DNA from: an uncultured Candidatus Saccharibacteria bacterium
GTDB taxonomy: Bacteria; Patescibacteriota; Saccharimonadia; Saccharimonadales; JAUPVS01
DNA length: 64,000 nt
Direction: 5' to 3'
Assembly: GCA_964410185.1 (NCBI GenBank)
Contig: CAYPFM010000001.1
Coordinates: forward strand, 272,860 to 336,859
Under the pieces are notes generated by a model that worked only from the letters and a program-made list of their open reading frames with translations, did no database searches and was not told the origin of the DNA. How positions within the stretch are numbered: the first letter of the stretch is position 1; every line of letters begins with the position of its first letter. The position numbers and the translations under genes were made by a program. Of this stretch, positions 8,958 to 17,701 are shown in pieces.

Positions 8958-9863
8958 ATGAACATTGTTATTCTATCCAAAGGGCCGGGCAACTACTCGA
9001 CCCGCCGTCTTAAAGAAGTTGCTAAACTGCGCGGACACAGCGTGCGGATTATTAACTACGAAAAGTGCTATGTAACGCTCGAAAGTGGTAACCCGGTGAT
9101 TCGTTATCAGGGTGAAGAAGTCCACAATGTTGATGTTATTATTCCACGTATCGCTGCTTCGTTGACCAAGTATGGCTCATCGATCGTGCGTCAGTTCGAG
9201 ATGCAAAATGTCTTTACAACTACCAGCTCGATTGCCTTAGTTCGTTCGCGTGATAAGTTACGCAGCATGCAGCTGATGGCCAAGGCCGGCGTAGGCATTC
9301 CAAAGACGGTGTTTGCCCGTGATACGGCTGACCCCGAGGACGTTATTGACCAAGCTGGTGGCGCACCTTTAATTATTAAAGTCGCCCGTGGTACCCACGG
9401 CAAAGGTGTTGTACTGGCCGAAACCCGCAAGGCTGCCGAGGCTGTAATGCAGGCCTTCTACGTTGAAGGCGTGAACTTTTTGGTTCAAGAATTTGTCAAA
9501 GAGTCAGCCGGTACTGACATCCGTGCCTTTATTGTAAACGGCAAGGTTGTCGCTAGCATGATGCGCCAGAGTCTTGATGACGACTTCCGCTCAAACCTCC
9601 ACCAAGGTGGTAATGGGACCGTGGTGAAGTTGACTGAGGAAGAGACCAAGACCGCCCAAAAAGCCGCCAAGGCGATGGGCTTGCCAATCTGCGGTGTCGA
9701 CCTAATGCGCTCCAGCCGCGGTCCTCTGGTATTGGAAGTTAATGCCAGCCCTGGCTTTGGCATCGAAAAGGTGACGGGCCGCGACATTGCCGGCAAAATT
9801 ATTGACTACGTCGAACAGAACGCCAAAAGCAAGCGCGGCAAGCGCGACCGCGTCGGCGCCTAA
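8958..9863 (+). CDS. rimK: ATP-grasp alpha-L-glutamate ligase RimK
   Basis: 301 aa; ATP-grasp layout (PLIIKVARGTHGKGVVLAE, DIRAFIVNGKVVASMMR, CGVDLMRSSRGPLVLEVNASPG). Confidence 0.9.
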   Translation: MNIVILSKGPGNYSTRRLKEVAKLRGHSVRIINYEKCYVTLESGNPVIRYQGEEVHNVDVIIPRIAASLTKYGSSIVRQFEMQNVFTTTSSIALVRSRDKLRSMQLMAKAGVGIPKTVFARDTADPEDVIDQAGGAPLIIKVARGTHGKGVVLAETRKAAEAVMQAFYVEGVNFLVQEFVKESAGTDIRAFIVNGKVVASMMRQSLDDDFRSNLHQGGNGTVVKLTEEETKTAQKAAKAMGLPICGVDLMRSSRGPLVLEVNASPGFGIEKVTGRDIAGKIIDYVEQNAKSKRGKRDRVGA

Positions 9864-9897
9864 ACAGCTACACCTCTGATACCGCTCATGCTATGAT

Positions 9898-10395
9898 ATG
9901 AGCATCATGATTATGCAAAACATTGCTTTGCTGTTGGCGATTATCGTCCCTGTGGCGCTGTTAATTTTGCTGCGCACCAACGCTGCGATCGTGTTTTTGA
10001 GCCTTTGCGCCGGATACCTGCTAGTGAATTTTGTCGGTGATGAAGCCGGCTTAGTTGGCTCGATGGTAGGGAACAACTCACTGGTGGTCAGTCAGTACTT
10101 TAAGGTCGCCCTATTGCTGCTGCCAGCCCTGTTGAGTGCCATAATTTTGACCAAATCGATGCGCGGCCCCAAAGGCCTATTGAATGTTTTACCGGCGATT
10201 GCCGTCGGTTTGGTCGGCGTCTTATTGGCCGTACCATTACTACCTAGCACACCGCAACACGCCATTAGTAGCGTCAGTGGCTGGGCGATGCTGAACGACT
10301 ACAAGCAGCTGGTCATAATTGCCAGCGTGGTGGTGAGCCTGGTTATCCTGTGGTTCGCCCGCCCAAGCGTCCACAAAAAGCACCATCACAAGTAG
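9898..10395 (+). CDS. Hypothetical polytopic membrane protein
   Basis: 165 aa with about 5 hydrophobic spans and a His-rich tail (KKHHHK). In-frame ATGs at 9907/9913 are alternative starts downstream of TGCTATGAT (9889-9897). Confidence 0.6.
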   Translation: MSIMIMQNIALLLAIIVPVALLILLRTNAAIVFLSLCAGYLLVNFVGDEAGLVGSMVGNNSLVVSQYFKVALLLLPALLSAIILTKSMRGPKGLLNVLPAIAVGLVGVLLAVPLLPSTPQHAISSVSGWAMLNDYKQLVIIASVVVSLVILWFARPSVHKKHHHK

Positions 10396-10403
10396 CCCCA
10401 CAA

Positions 10404-10431
10404 TTGACTTTTGGCCGAAAATAAGCATAAT
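10404..10431 (+). promoter_or_regulatory. Putative promoter of tRNA-Lys(UUU)
   Basis: TTGACT (10404-10409), 16 nt, CATAAT (10426-10431). Confidence 0.4.
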
Positions 10432-10464
10432 GTAAGAAGTTAATCGCGCTTCTTTGATCTATGT

Positions 10465-10541
10465 GGGCCCATAGCTCAGCCGGTTAGAGCACCTGCCTTT
10501 TAAGCAGGGTGTCGTGGGTTCGAGTCCCACTGGGCCCTCCA
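10465..10541 (+). tRNA. tRNA-Lys (anticodon UUU), CCA encoded
   Basis: Cloverleaf folded by hand: GGGCCCA/TGGGCCC acceptor, anticodon loop CTTTTAA, T-loop TTCGAGT; 77 nt. Confidence 0.95.
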
Positions 10542-10548
10542 AAATATG

Positions 10549-10577
10549 AACCCAACAAAAGTTGGGTTTTTATTTTG
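10549..10577 (+). terminator. Rho-independent terminator after tRNA-Lys
   Basis: AACCCAAC-AAAA-GTTGGGTT followed by TTTTATTTT. Confidence 0.7.
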
Positions 10578-10593
10578 GAGCACAAAGGCACGA

Positions 10594-10620
10594 GAACCCA
10601 AACCGCGAAGCGGTGGGTTC
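10594..10620 (+). other. Stable GC-rich hairpin with partial T-arm similarity
   Basis: GAACCCA(AA)CCGC-GAA-GCGGTGGGTTC. Shares GTGGGTTCGA with the T-arm of the adjacent tRNA-Lys. No U-tract. Confidence 0.4.
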
Positions 10621-10718
10621 GATTGTGACGAACACGCGCAGGTGCTGGCACCGAGCATGCGAGGAAACACGAGCGCAGCGAGGCCGCACTGGAACAAGTT
10701 TGCTATAATAATGACAAA

Positions 10719-11921
10719 GTGAACACTATCAAAGCCAATACCCTCAAAAAGAACTTTCGGCTACTATACGCAGTCGAGTTTTTGCTGACATCCGAGTTTA
10801 CGCTACCTATATTCATACTCTTTGGTAGGCAGCAGCTGGGGCTGAGTTATCTGCAGGCGGGCTCGTTCTTTATTGTGACTTACGTGACCTATACGCTATC
10901 CGACTTTTTCGGCGGCACCTTAGCTGATCGTTTTGGGCGTAAGACGGCTTTCCAGGTGGGTGTTGTTTTGCGACTTCTCGGTTTACTACCATTTGTGCTT
11001 ACTCAGTCATACCCGTTGCTACTCGCGTCTGCAGTCGTCTGGGGGTTAGGCCTCGCCCTATCTTCGAATAGTCTAGACGCGCTTATTTACGAGCAGGCAC
11101 TTGAAGAGGGTGAAGAAAAAAGCTATCAGCACGGGACGGCCAATGTGCAGATAGCTACCTTCATGGGGCGAATTTACGCCAGTATACTTGGCGGTTTTGC
11201 CTACGTAATTGATCCAAAGCTGCCGTTTTACTTAACTTTCGTAGCTATCATAGTGGCCTTAGTCATGGGTTCCAAAACTAGGTTTAGTATTGACCTCAAA
11301 GAACGAGTTACCGAGGCGAAACAAGGTATAACGAGTGTAGCGATTGGCACTTACAAAAAACACCATCAGCTGCTAAAGTTCGCCTTGGTATACGCAGGCA
11401 GCATGTTTTTGGCTGACTTGCTCTTTTCTTACTACCAGCCCTACTACATAAAGCTGGGAGTCTCGGCGGGTACACTCGGCTTGGTTTACGCAGGCATTTC
11501 GCTATTCTCGGCTACTGGCTCTTACATGATGAGGAAGCTACCAAACAGATATTCTGCTCACGTCATTAATAGCTTTACGATTTCGACAATCCTACTCACC
11601 AGTCTCGTTTTGTATAGTCTACGACTGCCCTTAGTGTACTTTGCGCCACTGATTATGGGTCTTGGCTCCGGATTTGGTATGCCCAACCTCAGGCAGTTTG
11701 TTAATAAACACGCGCCAAACCGCGTCCGGGCATCGGTTTTGTCGATTGCTACAACAATAGTTAACATTGGCATTGTGGCCGGCATGATAGCTGCCTACGG
11801 CCTTGCCGACAATAGTTCATCACGGAAAATAATCGGCTTGGTAATTTGTGGAACCGTCCTGCTTTTGGCCGTAAACACTTTTGTAAAAACACGCGAAGAA
11901 CAAGGTCATTCTAATAGCTAA
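10719..11921 (+). CDS. MFS transporter
   Basis: 400 aa, about 12 hydrophobic spans, GGTLADRFGRK loop motif between TM2 and TM3. GTG start 9 nt after TGCTATAAT (10701-10709). Confidence 0.85.
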   Translation: MNTIKANTLKKNFRLLYAVEFLLTSEFTLPIFILFGRQQLGLSYLQAGSFFIVTYVTYTLSDFFGGTLADRFGRKTAFQVGVVLRLLGLLPFVLTQSYPLLLASAVVWGLGLALSSNSLDALIYEQALEEGEEKSYQHGTANVQIATFMGRIYASILGGFAYVIDPKLPFYLTFVAIIVALVMGSKTRFSIDLKERVTEAKQGITSVAIGTYKKHHQLLKFALVYAGSMFLADLLFSYYQPYYIKLGVSAGTLGLVYAGISLFSATGSYMMRKLPNRYSAHVINSFTISTILLTSLVLYSLRLPLVYFAPLIMGLGSGFGMPNLRQFVNKHAPNRVRASVLSIATTIVNIGIVAGMIAAYGLADNSSSRKIIGLVICGTVLLLAVNTFVKTREEQGHSNS

Positions 11922-11973
11922 GCCGGTTTTGCTCATGCTTGCCGATCCTCCGAATAAGCAATAGAGTGGATAA

Positions 11974-12633
11974 ATGGCTGAAACACTATTAGCTCCCGGC
12001 GATATCCGCCTCACGGATTTTGAAGTCCCCAAAAGCGAGAGAATACCGATGCTGGGTGCCTGTCTGCTGGCTGAGTTGGACTATATGGAAGAAGCGCATG
12101 ACTTTGCGCTCGAAGAACAAAGCAAGATACGACTCTATCGTCCGGATGATGACATTGGCATGACCCCCGAATATCTTGTCGACCTGCATAACTACTACAA
12201 AGGATTATTGCGGGGTTCAGGTGTTGAGTTTACGCATTTGAAAACTTGGCTTATGCACGGCAAGTACGAGAATCTTTCTTGGCATGTTGATCAGGCTGGC
12301 GACGTGCGCTTCTTGTGGAATCTTGGCGCACCAACATCAGTCGAAATCGCCGAAGAGTGGGACCATAGTTTGTACCAACCAGGCTATCCGACGCATCATG
12401 AACCGGCGCGCACAACAGAACTCGAGCTACCGACTGGGAGTGTCTACGCAGCTAACAACTTGGTTACTGACCCAAATCTTTTAAAGCCGCATCAGACGCC
12501 AAAAGACGAGCCAGACAGGCTTGTTATCAGGACCAGCTTTTATGCTCAAGGAGACTGGGAGGCTCAGGCGATTGATGGCGGCGTGCCGGTTGTGCTAGCT
12601 CCAGATTCAGCCGCCGGGCATCTGCAGCAGTAG
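11974..12633 (+). CDS. Hypothetical protein, possible cupin/2OG-Fe(II)-oxygenase-like fold
   Basis: 219 aa; WHVDQ ... KPHQ ... RLVIRTS spacing resembles an HxD...H...RxS triad (weak, by eye). TAGAGT-N6-ATG upstream. Confidence 0.6.
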   Translation: MAETLLAPGDIRLTDFEVPKSERIPMLGACLLAELDYMEEAHDFALEEQSKIRLYRPDDDIGMTPEYLVDLHNYYKGLLRGSGVEFTHLKTWLMHGKYENLSWHVDQAGDVRFLWNLGAPTSVEIAEEWDHSLYQPGYPTHHEPARTTELELPTGSVYAANNLVTDPNLLKPHQTPKDEPDRLVIRTSFYAQGDWEAQAIDGGVPVVLAPDSAAGHLQQ

Positions 12634-12739
12634 AACCCTGCTTAGTCACCAGAAACACCTCCATCCTGGACGACGTGGCCAAATTACTGAGGCAACGGGA
12701 TTTAAGAACTAGTTAATCTAGTGTTGCTAGGCTCTCGCT

Positions 12740-14191
12740 ATGAGTCTTTGGCAATCAAGATTGTATCAAACCACCACTCTTCAAACCGTTGGCTGTGTGG
12801 CTATTTTGCTTGGTCTGGGTTTGGCGCGACGACTCGAAGTTAGAAGCCTCCTCGTTATCGTCGTCTTAGTCGGCTGGACTTGTTGCCTTCGCCGACGGGG
12901 CACCCTGTTGTTGGTGATGACGCTCCTTTTTTGTCTTATGGTTGGGCTCGTCCGAGGAAGTGTGTTTATGCGGGATAGCGCTCAGTATCAAAAATTGTAT
13001 CGTCAACCAATTGTCATGACGGCTCAAGTCGACAACGATGCTATTTATGGCCGCCAGTCACAACTTAGTTTTGACGTAGTGCAGGCAGCTGTCATTCGGC
13101 CTAAACACCGCTCTCTGGTTGGCAAAATCAAGGTGGAGGGAATGGGTGTACCGATGATCTATCGTGGGGATCTTGTGCAAGTAGAAGGCAGTATGATGCC
13201 AACGAAGGGTTCGGCCCAGGCCAAGTTTAGTTTCGCGAAATTGACGCTGATCAAAAGGGGAGGCTCGCCGATTGATACGATCCGCCGGAAATTTATTGCC
13301 GGCCTTGGCACTACCTTGCCCGAGCCGGAGGCATCATTTGGAGCCGGGTTATTACTAGGACAGCGTAGTACCATTCCCAAAGATATATCTGACCAGCTTT
13401 CGGCTACCGGTTTGACGCACCTGGTTGCTGTCTCAGGCTATAATCTGACGATTATTATCGTGGCAGCCCGGAAATTACTGGGCAAGGCTTCAAAGTTTCA
13501 GAGTACCGTGTGTGCCGCTGCGCTCATGGTACTATTTACGCTAGTAACTGGCTTTAGCGCCTCAATCGTCAGGGCAGCACTGGTAAGTGGTTTGAGTTTA
13601 TTGGCCTGGTACTACGGGCGTCGATTCAAGCCCGCTCTGCTCATCGCAGGTACGGCGGCTGCAATGGCTTTATGGAATCCATTTTACCTATGGTCTGACA
13701 TCGGCTGGTATCTATCGTTTCTAGCCTTCTTTGGCGTGCTATTACTGGCGCCACTTCTTGGTAGCCTGATTGGCCGCGGCAAACCACTCAAATTAGTCGG
13801 TGCACTGTTGGCCGAAACGATTGCCGCCCAAATCATGACATTGCCAATTATCATGTATATCTTTGGGCGTGTCTCACTGGTTGGCTTGTTGGCCAATATT
13901 TTGGTCGTGCCGCTGGTGCCTTTGGCTATGCTATTGACGCTGGTGGCTGGGCTTGCTGGCATGATTTACGCGCCAGTTGGGGGCTGGTTGGCTTGGCCTG
14001 CCAAGGAGCTACTAACCTACATGGTTGATTTGGTTGGGCTACTTAGTCGTCTACCACACGCCCAAGCGCAAAAGCTAATTAGTTTGCGCGCCATGTTAGC
14101 TGGGTATGGTTTAATCCTGTTTGCATGCCTGTGCATACGGCGCTTCCTTACTTCGCGAAATTGGCTTGATTATGATAAAATAACAGAGTAA
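12740..14191 (+). CDS. comEC: DNA internalization channel ComEC/Rec2 (N-terminal OB-like plus competence domain; no C-terminal metallo-beta-lactamase domain)
   Basis: 483 aa; polytopic; LTHLVAVSGYNLTII and SIVRAALVSG motifs typical of the competence domain. Confidence 0.85.
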   Translation: MSLWQSRLYQTTTLQTVGCVAILLGLGLARRLEVRSLLVIVVLVGWTCCLRRRGTLLLVMTLLFCLMVGLVRGSVFMRDSAQYQKLYRQPIVMTAQVDNDAIYGRQSQLSFDVVQAAVIRPKHRSLVGKIKVEGMGVPMIYRGDLVQVEGSMMPTKGSAQAKFSFAKLTLIKRGGSPIDTIRRKFIAGLGTTLPEPEASFGAGLLLGQRSTIPKDISDQLSATGLTHLVAVSGYNLTIIIVAARKLLGKASKFQSTVCAAALMVLFTLVTGFSASIVRAALVSGLSLLAWYYGRRFKPALLIAGTAAAMALWNPFYLWSDIGWYLSFLAFFGVLLLAPLLGSLIGRGKPLKLVGALLAETIAAQIMTLPIIMYIFGRVSLVGLLANILVVPLVPLAMLLTLVAGLAGMIYAPVGGWLAWPAKELLTYMVDLVGLLSRLPHAQAQKLISLRAMLAGYGLILFACLCIRRFLTSRNWLDYDKITE

Positions 14192-14209
14192 ACGATAACG
14201 GAGCCTGCT

Positions 14210-14938
14210 ATGTCCGGACACTCAAAATGGTCAACTATCAAACGCCAAAAGGGCGCCAAAGACAACGCCCGAGGAGCGCTCTTTACCAAGCTTGGTAATA
14301 ACATTGCCGTTGCTGCCCGTGGTGGCGCTGACCCGGATATGAACTTTAGTCTCCGCTTGGCAATTGATCGCGCCAAGGCTTCGAATATGCCAGTCGCTAA
14401 CATCCAACGTTCGATAGATCGTGGCTCTGGCAAATTGGGTGGCGAACAAATTCAAGAAGTCCTGTACGAAGGTTACGGTCCTGGCGGCACGGCTATTATT
14501 GTTGAGGCAGCGACTGATAATATTAACCGTACCTACCCAGAAGTCCGACTCGCCTTTAGTAAGCACGGTGGGAATATCGCCGAAAAGGGTGCCGTGGCCT
14601 TTCAGTTTGAACACAAGGGGATGATTCGCGTCAAAGGCAGTGGTGATGACCTAATGCTTACAGCTCTCGACGCAGGTGCTGAGGATGTCCAGGAAGAGGG
14701 TGATGAGTCGGTCATTTACACGGACGCCAAAGAACTAGCTAAGGTTCGTGACGCACTTAAAACTGCCGGTTTAGAGATTACCGAGGCGGAACTGACTTAC
14801 GTGCCTACCAATACTGTTGAAATCGCAGACGAAGGCACCGCCGGTAAGGTTATGCGACTTATGGACGCCCTCGACGACATCGATGATGTCACCAATACAC
14901 ATGTCAATTTCGACATCCCTGAAGCCTTTTTGAGTTAA
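14210..14938 (+). CDS. yebC: YebC/PmpR family DNA-binding regulator
   Basis: MSGHSKWSTIKRQKGAKDNARG N-terminus; 242 aa; GGAG RBS. Confidence 0.95.
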   Translation: MSGHSKWSTIKRQKGAKDNARGALFTKLGNNIAVAARGGADPDMNFSLRLAIDRAKASNMPVANIQRSIDRGSGKLGGEQIQEVLYEGYGPGGTAIIVEAATDNINRTYPEVRLAFSKHGGNIAEKGAVAFQFEHKGMIRVKGSGDDLMLTALDAGAEDVQEEGDESVIYTDAKELAKVRDALKTAGLEITEAELTYVPTNTVEIADEGTAGKVMRLMDALDDIDDVTNTHVNFDIPEAFLS

Positions 14939-14987
14939 TTAAAAACACATAATATTTCAAAATCCCGCAGTCTTTTTAAACTGTAAA

Positions 14988-15011
14988 ATTAACTCTTAAT
15001 TAACTGTTAAT
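14988..15011 (+). promoter_or_regulatory. AT-rich repeat/palindrome upstream of the lamin-tail-domain gene (candidate operator)
   Basis: ATTAACT at 14988 and 14999 (11-nt phasing). 13-nt perfect palindrome ATTAACtGTTAAT at 14999-15011. Confidence 0.35.
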
Positions 15012-15058
15012 TGGATGTTTTTGACCGGTCTCGGTGCCTTGATTACTATCACTGCACT

Positions 15059-16618
15059 ATGACTAAACAAATTACCATCTTCATCACCACCACAACACTA
15101 ATCATTGGCCTTTTTGGCTGCCAGCCAGCATATGCCACGCCGCCCCCAGTTCTCATTACCGAGGTGCAAACGGGTTTTATTGATGATAGCGCGCACGAGT
15201 TTCCGCTCCAGGAGTTTATCGAGCTTACGAATACCTCCCAGGCCGCCGTTAACTTAACCGGCTGGAAGCTGGAGTATTTGTCGGCGGCGAACGATGGGAC
15301 TGGCGCACCGACGCAAACGATTGATACGCTCGGCGGCCAAATAAGTGCGGGTGGGCACGGTATTTGGGAACACGATGGCTATTATCCGGTTGCGCCTGAC
15401 GGTATCTTTGGTGCCGGCGATAAATCAACTTCAGGCTTTTTGGCGAAATCGGGTGGTCATGTGCGGATTATGAATGGCACAACCATGATCGATTGCGTCA
15501 GTTGGGGCTCTGCGGTTGCGATTGTTGGTTGCGATAAAGTTGCCACTATAGCTGGCGCAGGCTACACAATTCAGCGGATACCAACGAACGGCCATTATGA
15601 TAAGGCAGCCGGTGTGTCCAACGTTAAGCCGGCTAGCCCACAGGGCAGTAACATCTACCCAGTATCAGCGGAACCGCCACTCATTATTCCGCTCCCAGAC
15701 CCAGTTGTGACCATGCCGGGCTCAATTTGCGACAACATTCAGCTCAGTGAGATTTTAGCTAACCCAGCGGGGGATGATGCATCTGGTGAGTTTATCGAAC
15801 TGTATAACCCAGCCAACTATGCGCAGACGCTCTCCGGCTGTAGCTTACAACTTGCTACCGGGAAGCAGTATGCCTTTAAGCTCACTGACGCACTCGAGCC
15901 TCATGAGTACAAAACCTTTGGCTACACGACAACAGCTCTTCAGCTGAGCAACAGCGGTGGGATCGTAACCCTACAAACGGCGTCGGCCCAAACAACCACC
16001 ACTTACCCTGCCGTCGGTGATGACGAAGTCTGGGCGAAGGTGGAAGGTACCTGGTACGTCACCCATCATCCGACCCCAGGCCTGCCTAATCTGCTTGATA
16101 CTCCATCAGTATCATCTGCCGAGACCACAGCTTTCATTTCCAACCTGGTAGCAGAGCTTGAATCGTGTCCCGCTGGCAAGTACCGTAATCCAGAGACAAA
16201 TCGTTGTCGTAGTATCGGCATCCTCGAAACGGTACCAGCAAACTGCACCGTCGGGCAGGAACGAAATCCTGCCACCGGACGATGTCGTAAGATTGCTGCC
16301 GCCTCTACTCAGACACCCTGTCAGCAGAACCAAGAACGTAACCCCGAAACTGGTCGTTGCCGGAAAGTTGAGTCTGCCGGCACCGTTCAAAAACCGTGTG
16401 AAGCTGGGCAGGAGCGTAACGCAGAGACAAATCGTTGCCGCAAAGTGGCAACAAATCCCAATAGCAAGGTTTTGGGTACGAGCACGACAAAACCAAAAAC
16501 CTACCACTACGTTCTGGTTGGTATCATCCTAATAAGCGTAATGGGGTACGGGGTCTACGAGTATCGGAGCAGCCTAAGCAGTATATTCAGTAGATCTAAA
16601 AGACGAGTCGTGCCCTAA
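15059..16618 (+). CDS. Secreted, C-terminally anchored protein with two lamin-tail-like domains and four two-Cys repeats
   Basis: Signal peptide MTKQITIFITTTTLIIGLFGCQPAYA. LTD-like cores (ITEVQTG..EFIELTNTS..LTGWKL; LSEILANPAGDDASGEFIELYNPANY). Repeats C-x2-G-x2-R-N-x2-T-x-R-C-R. C-terminal TM segment. The ORF-track TTG start at 15011 was rejected. Confidence 0.8.
   Translation: MTKQITIFITTTTLIIGLFGCQPAYATPPPVLITEVQTGFIDDSAHEFPLQEFIELTNTSQAAVNLTGWKLEYLSAANDGTGAPTQTIDTLGGQISAGGHGIWEHDGYYPVAPDGIFGAGDKSTSGFLAKSGGHVRIMNGTTMIDCVSWGSAVAIVGCDKVATIAGAGYTIQRIPTNGHYDKAAGVSNVKPASPQGSNIYPVSAEPPLIIPLPDPVVTMPGSICDNIQLSEILANPAGDDASGEFIELYNPANYAQTLSGCSLQLATGKQYAFKLTDALEPHEYKTFGYTTTALQLSNSGGIVTLQTASAQTTTTYPAVGDDEVWAKVEGTWYVTHHPTPGLPNLLDTPSVSSAETTAFISNLVAELESCPAGKYRNPETNRCRSIGILETVPANCTVGQERNPATGRCRKIAAASTQTPCQQNQERNPETGRCRKVESAGTVQKPCEAGQERNAETNRCRKVATNPNSKVLGTSTTKPKTYHYVLVGIILISVMGYGVYEYRSSLSSIFSRSKRRVVP
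16166..16447 (+). repeat. Four in-frame two-cysteine peptide repeats
   Basis: CPAGKYRNPETNRCRSI / CTVGQERNPATGRCRKI / CQQNQERNPETGRCRKV / CEAGQERNAETNRCRKV. Confidence 0.85.
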
Positions 16619-16635
16619 ACTGCTATGCTACTACC

Positions 16636-17109
16636 ATGCGTATTCTAGGAATCGATCCCGGTACTGGCATCCTCGGCTTTGGTGTAATCGACCTTGACGA
16701 AAGGGGTAAGGTGAGCCTGGTTGATGCCGGTGTCATCCGTACACCGGTGCACCAGCCCGATAGTGAGCGCCTGGTGACCATCTACGACGAGCTTCACGAG
16801 ATCATCACCACTAATAAGCCTACGGTCATGTCAGTCGAAAAACTGTTCTTTTCACAGAACGTCACTACGGCGATGAGCGTTTCGCAGGCCAGGGGAGTTG
16901 TCTTGCTCTGCGGCAAACAACATAAACTAGAGCTTTATGAATATACCCCGAACCAGATTAAGCTGGCTATTACTGGTCATGGCAAAGCCGACAAGAAGCA
17001 GATGCAGGAAATGGTGCGAATTTTACTAGGCCTGAAAGAAGTTCCGCAGCCAGATGATGCTGCCGATGCTCTGGCTGCGGCTATCTGTTGCACGACAAAT
17101 ATGCGATAA
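16636..17109 (+). CDS. ruvC: Holliday junction resolvase RuvC
   Basis: MRILGIDPGTGILGFGVID; PQPDDAADALAAAIC; 157 aa. TGCTATGCT-N6-ATG upstream. Confidence 0.95.
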   Translation: MRILGIDPGTGILGFGVIDLDERGKVSLVDAGVIRTPVHQPDSERLVTIYDELHEIITTNKPTVMSVEKLFFSQNVTTAMSVSQARGVVLLCGKQHKLELYEYTPNQIKLAITGHGKADKKQMQEMVRILLGLKEVPQPDDAADALAAAICCTTNMR

Positions 17110-17119
17110 TATTACCTAT

Positions 17120-17701
17120 ATGATTGCAACACTCGAGGGACAGGTAAGCGAGAAGCTAGAAGACGTCGTTGTCTTGAACGTCAACGGGGTCGGCTATGGT
17201 GTCCTGGTGCCAGCCGAAGACTTCGCCCAATTAGTAGTCGGCGAGTCCGCCAAGGTTTATGTCTACGAACACATTAGGGAAGTGAGTCACGACCTGTATG
17301 GTTTTTGTGGACGCGACACCAAAAGTCTATTCGAACAGCTCCTGACAGTGAATGGCATCGGACCACGCATGGCACTTAACATGTTAAGTATAGGTACAGC
17401 AGGGGAGGTACGTCAGGCAATTGCTAGTGGTGATACCAAGTTTATCCAACAAGCCAACGGTGTTGGCAAGCGTGTTGCCGAGCGTGTCGTCGTTGAGCTC
17501 AAGGACAAAGTCGGTTTGGTTGGCGTTGATTTAAATAGTACTGGGTTGCTGCAATCAGAGACGATGCTTTCTCAGGATGAGGCCGTCGAGGCGCTGATGG
17601 CTTTAGGCTACACAGCACCGGACGCTGCCAAGGCTTTGGATGGTATTGAGACTTCCCTGCCGACTGCTGACAGGATTAAACAAGCGCTGAGGGCGAAGTA
17701 A
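17120..17701 (+). CDS. ruvA: Holliday junction helicase subunit RuvA
   Basis: MIATLEGQV..., HhH motifs ([13 protein letters not shown]; [15 protein letters not shown]). The ORF-track start at 17054 lies inside ruvC and was rejected. Confidence 0.93.
   Translation: MIATLEGQVSEKLEDVVVLNVNGVGYGVLVPAEDFAQLVVGESAKVYVYEHIREVSHDLYGFCGRDTKSLFEQLLTVNGIGPRMALNMLSIGTAGEVRQAIASGDTKFIQQANGVGKRVAERVVVELKDKVGLVGVDLNSTGLLQSETMLSQDEAVEALMALGYTAPDAAKALDGIETSLPTADRIKQALRAK

Noticed and set aside
10500-10697. 65-aa minus-strand ORF downstream of tRNA-Lys
   Set aside because: It overlaps the tRNA and its terminator. Its translation is dominated by the reverse complement of structured RNA.
17054-17119. Upstream-extended starts in the ORF track (also 15011, 28149, 40573, 44804, 53999, 56261, 22226, 19831)
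   Set aside because: The extensions overlap the preceding gene or a tRNA, or lack homology. Internal ATGs coincide with the conserved N-termini and with RBS or -10 signals.
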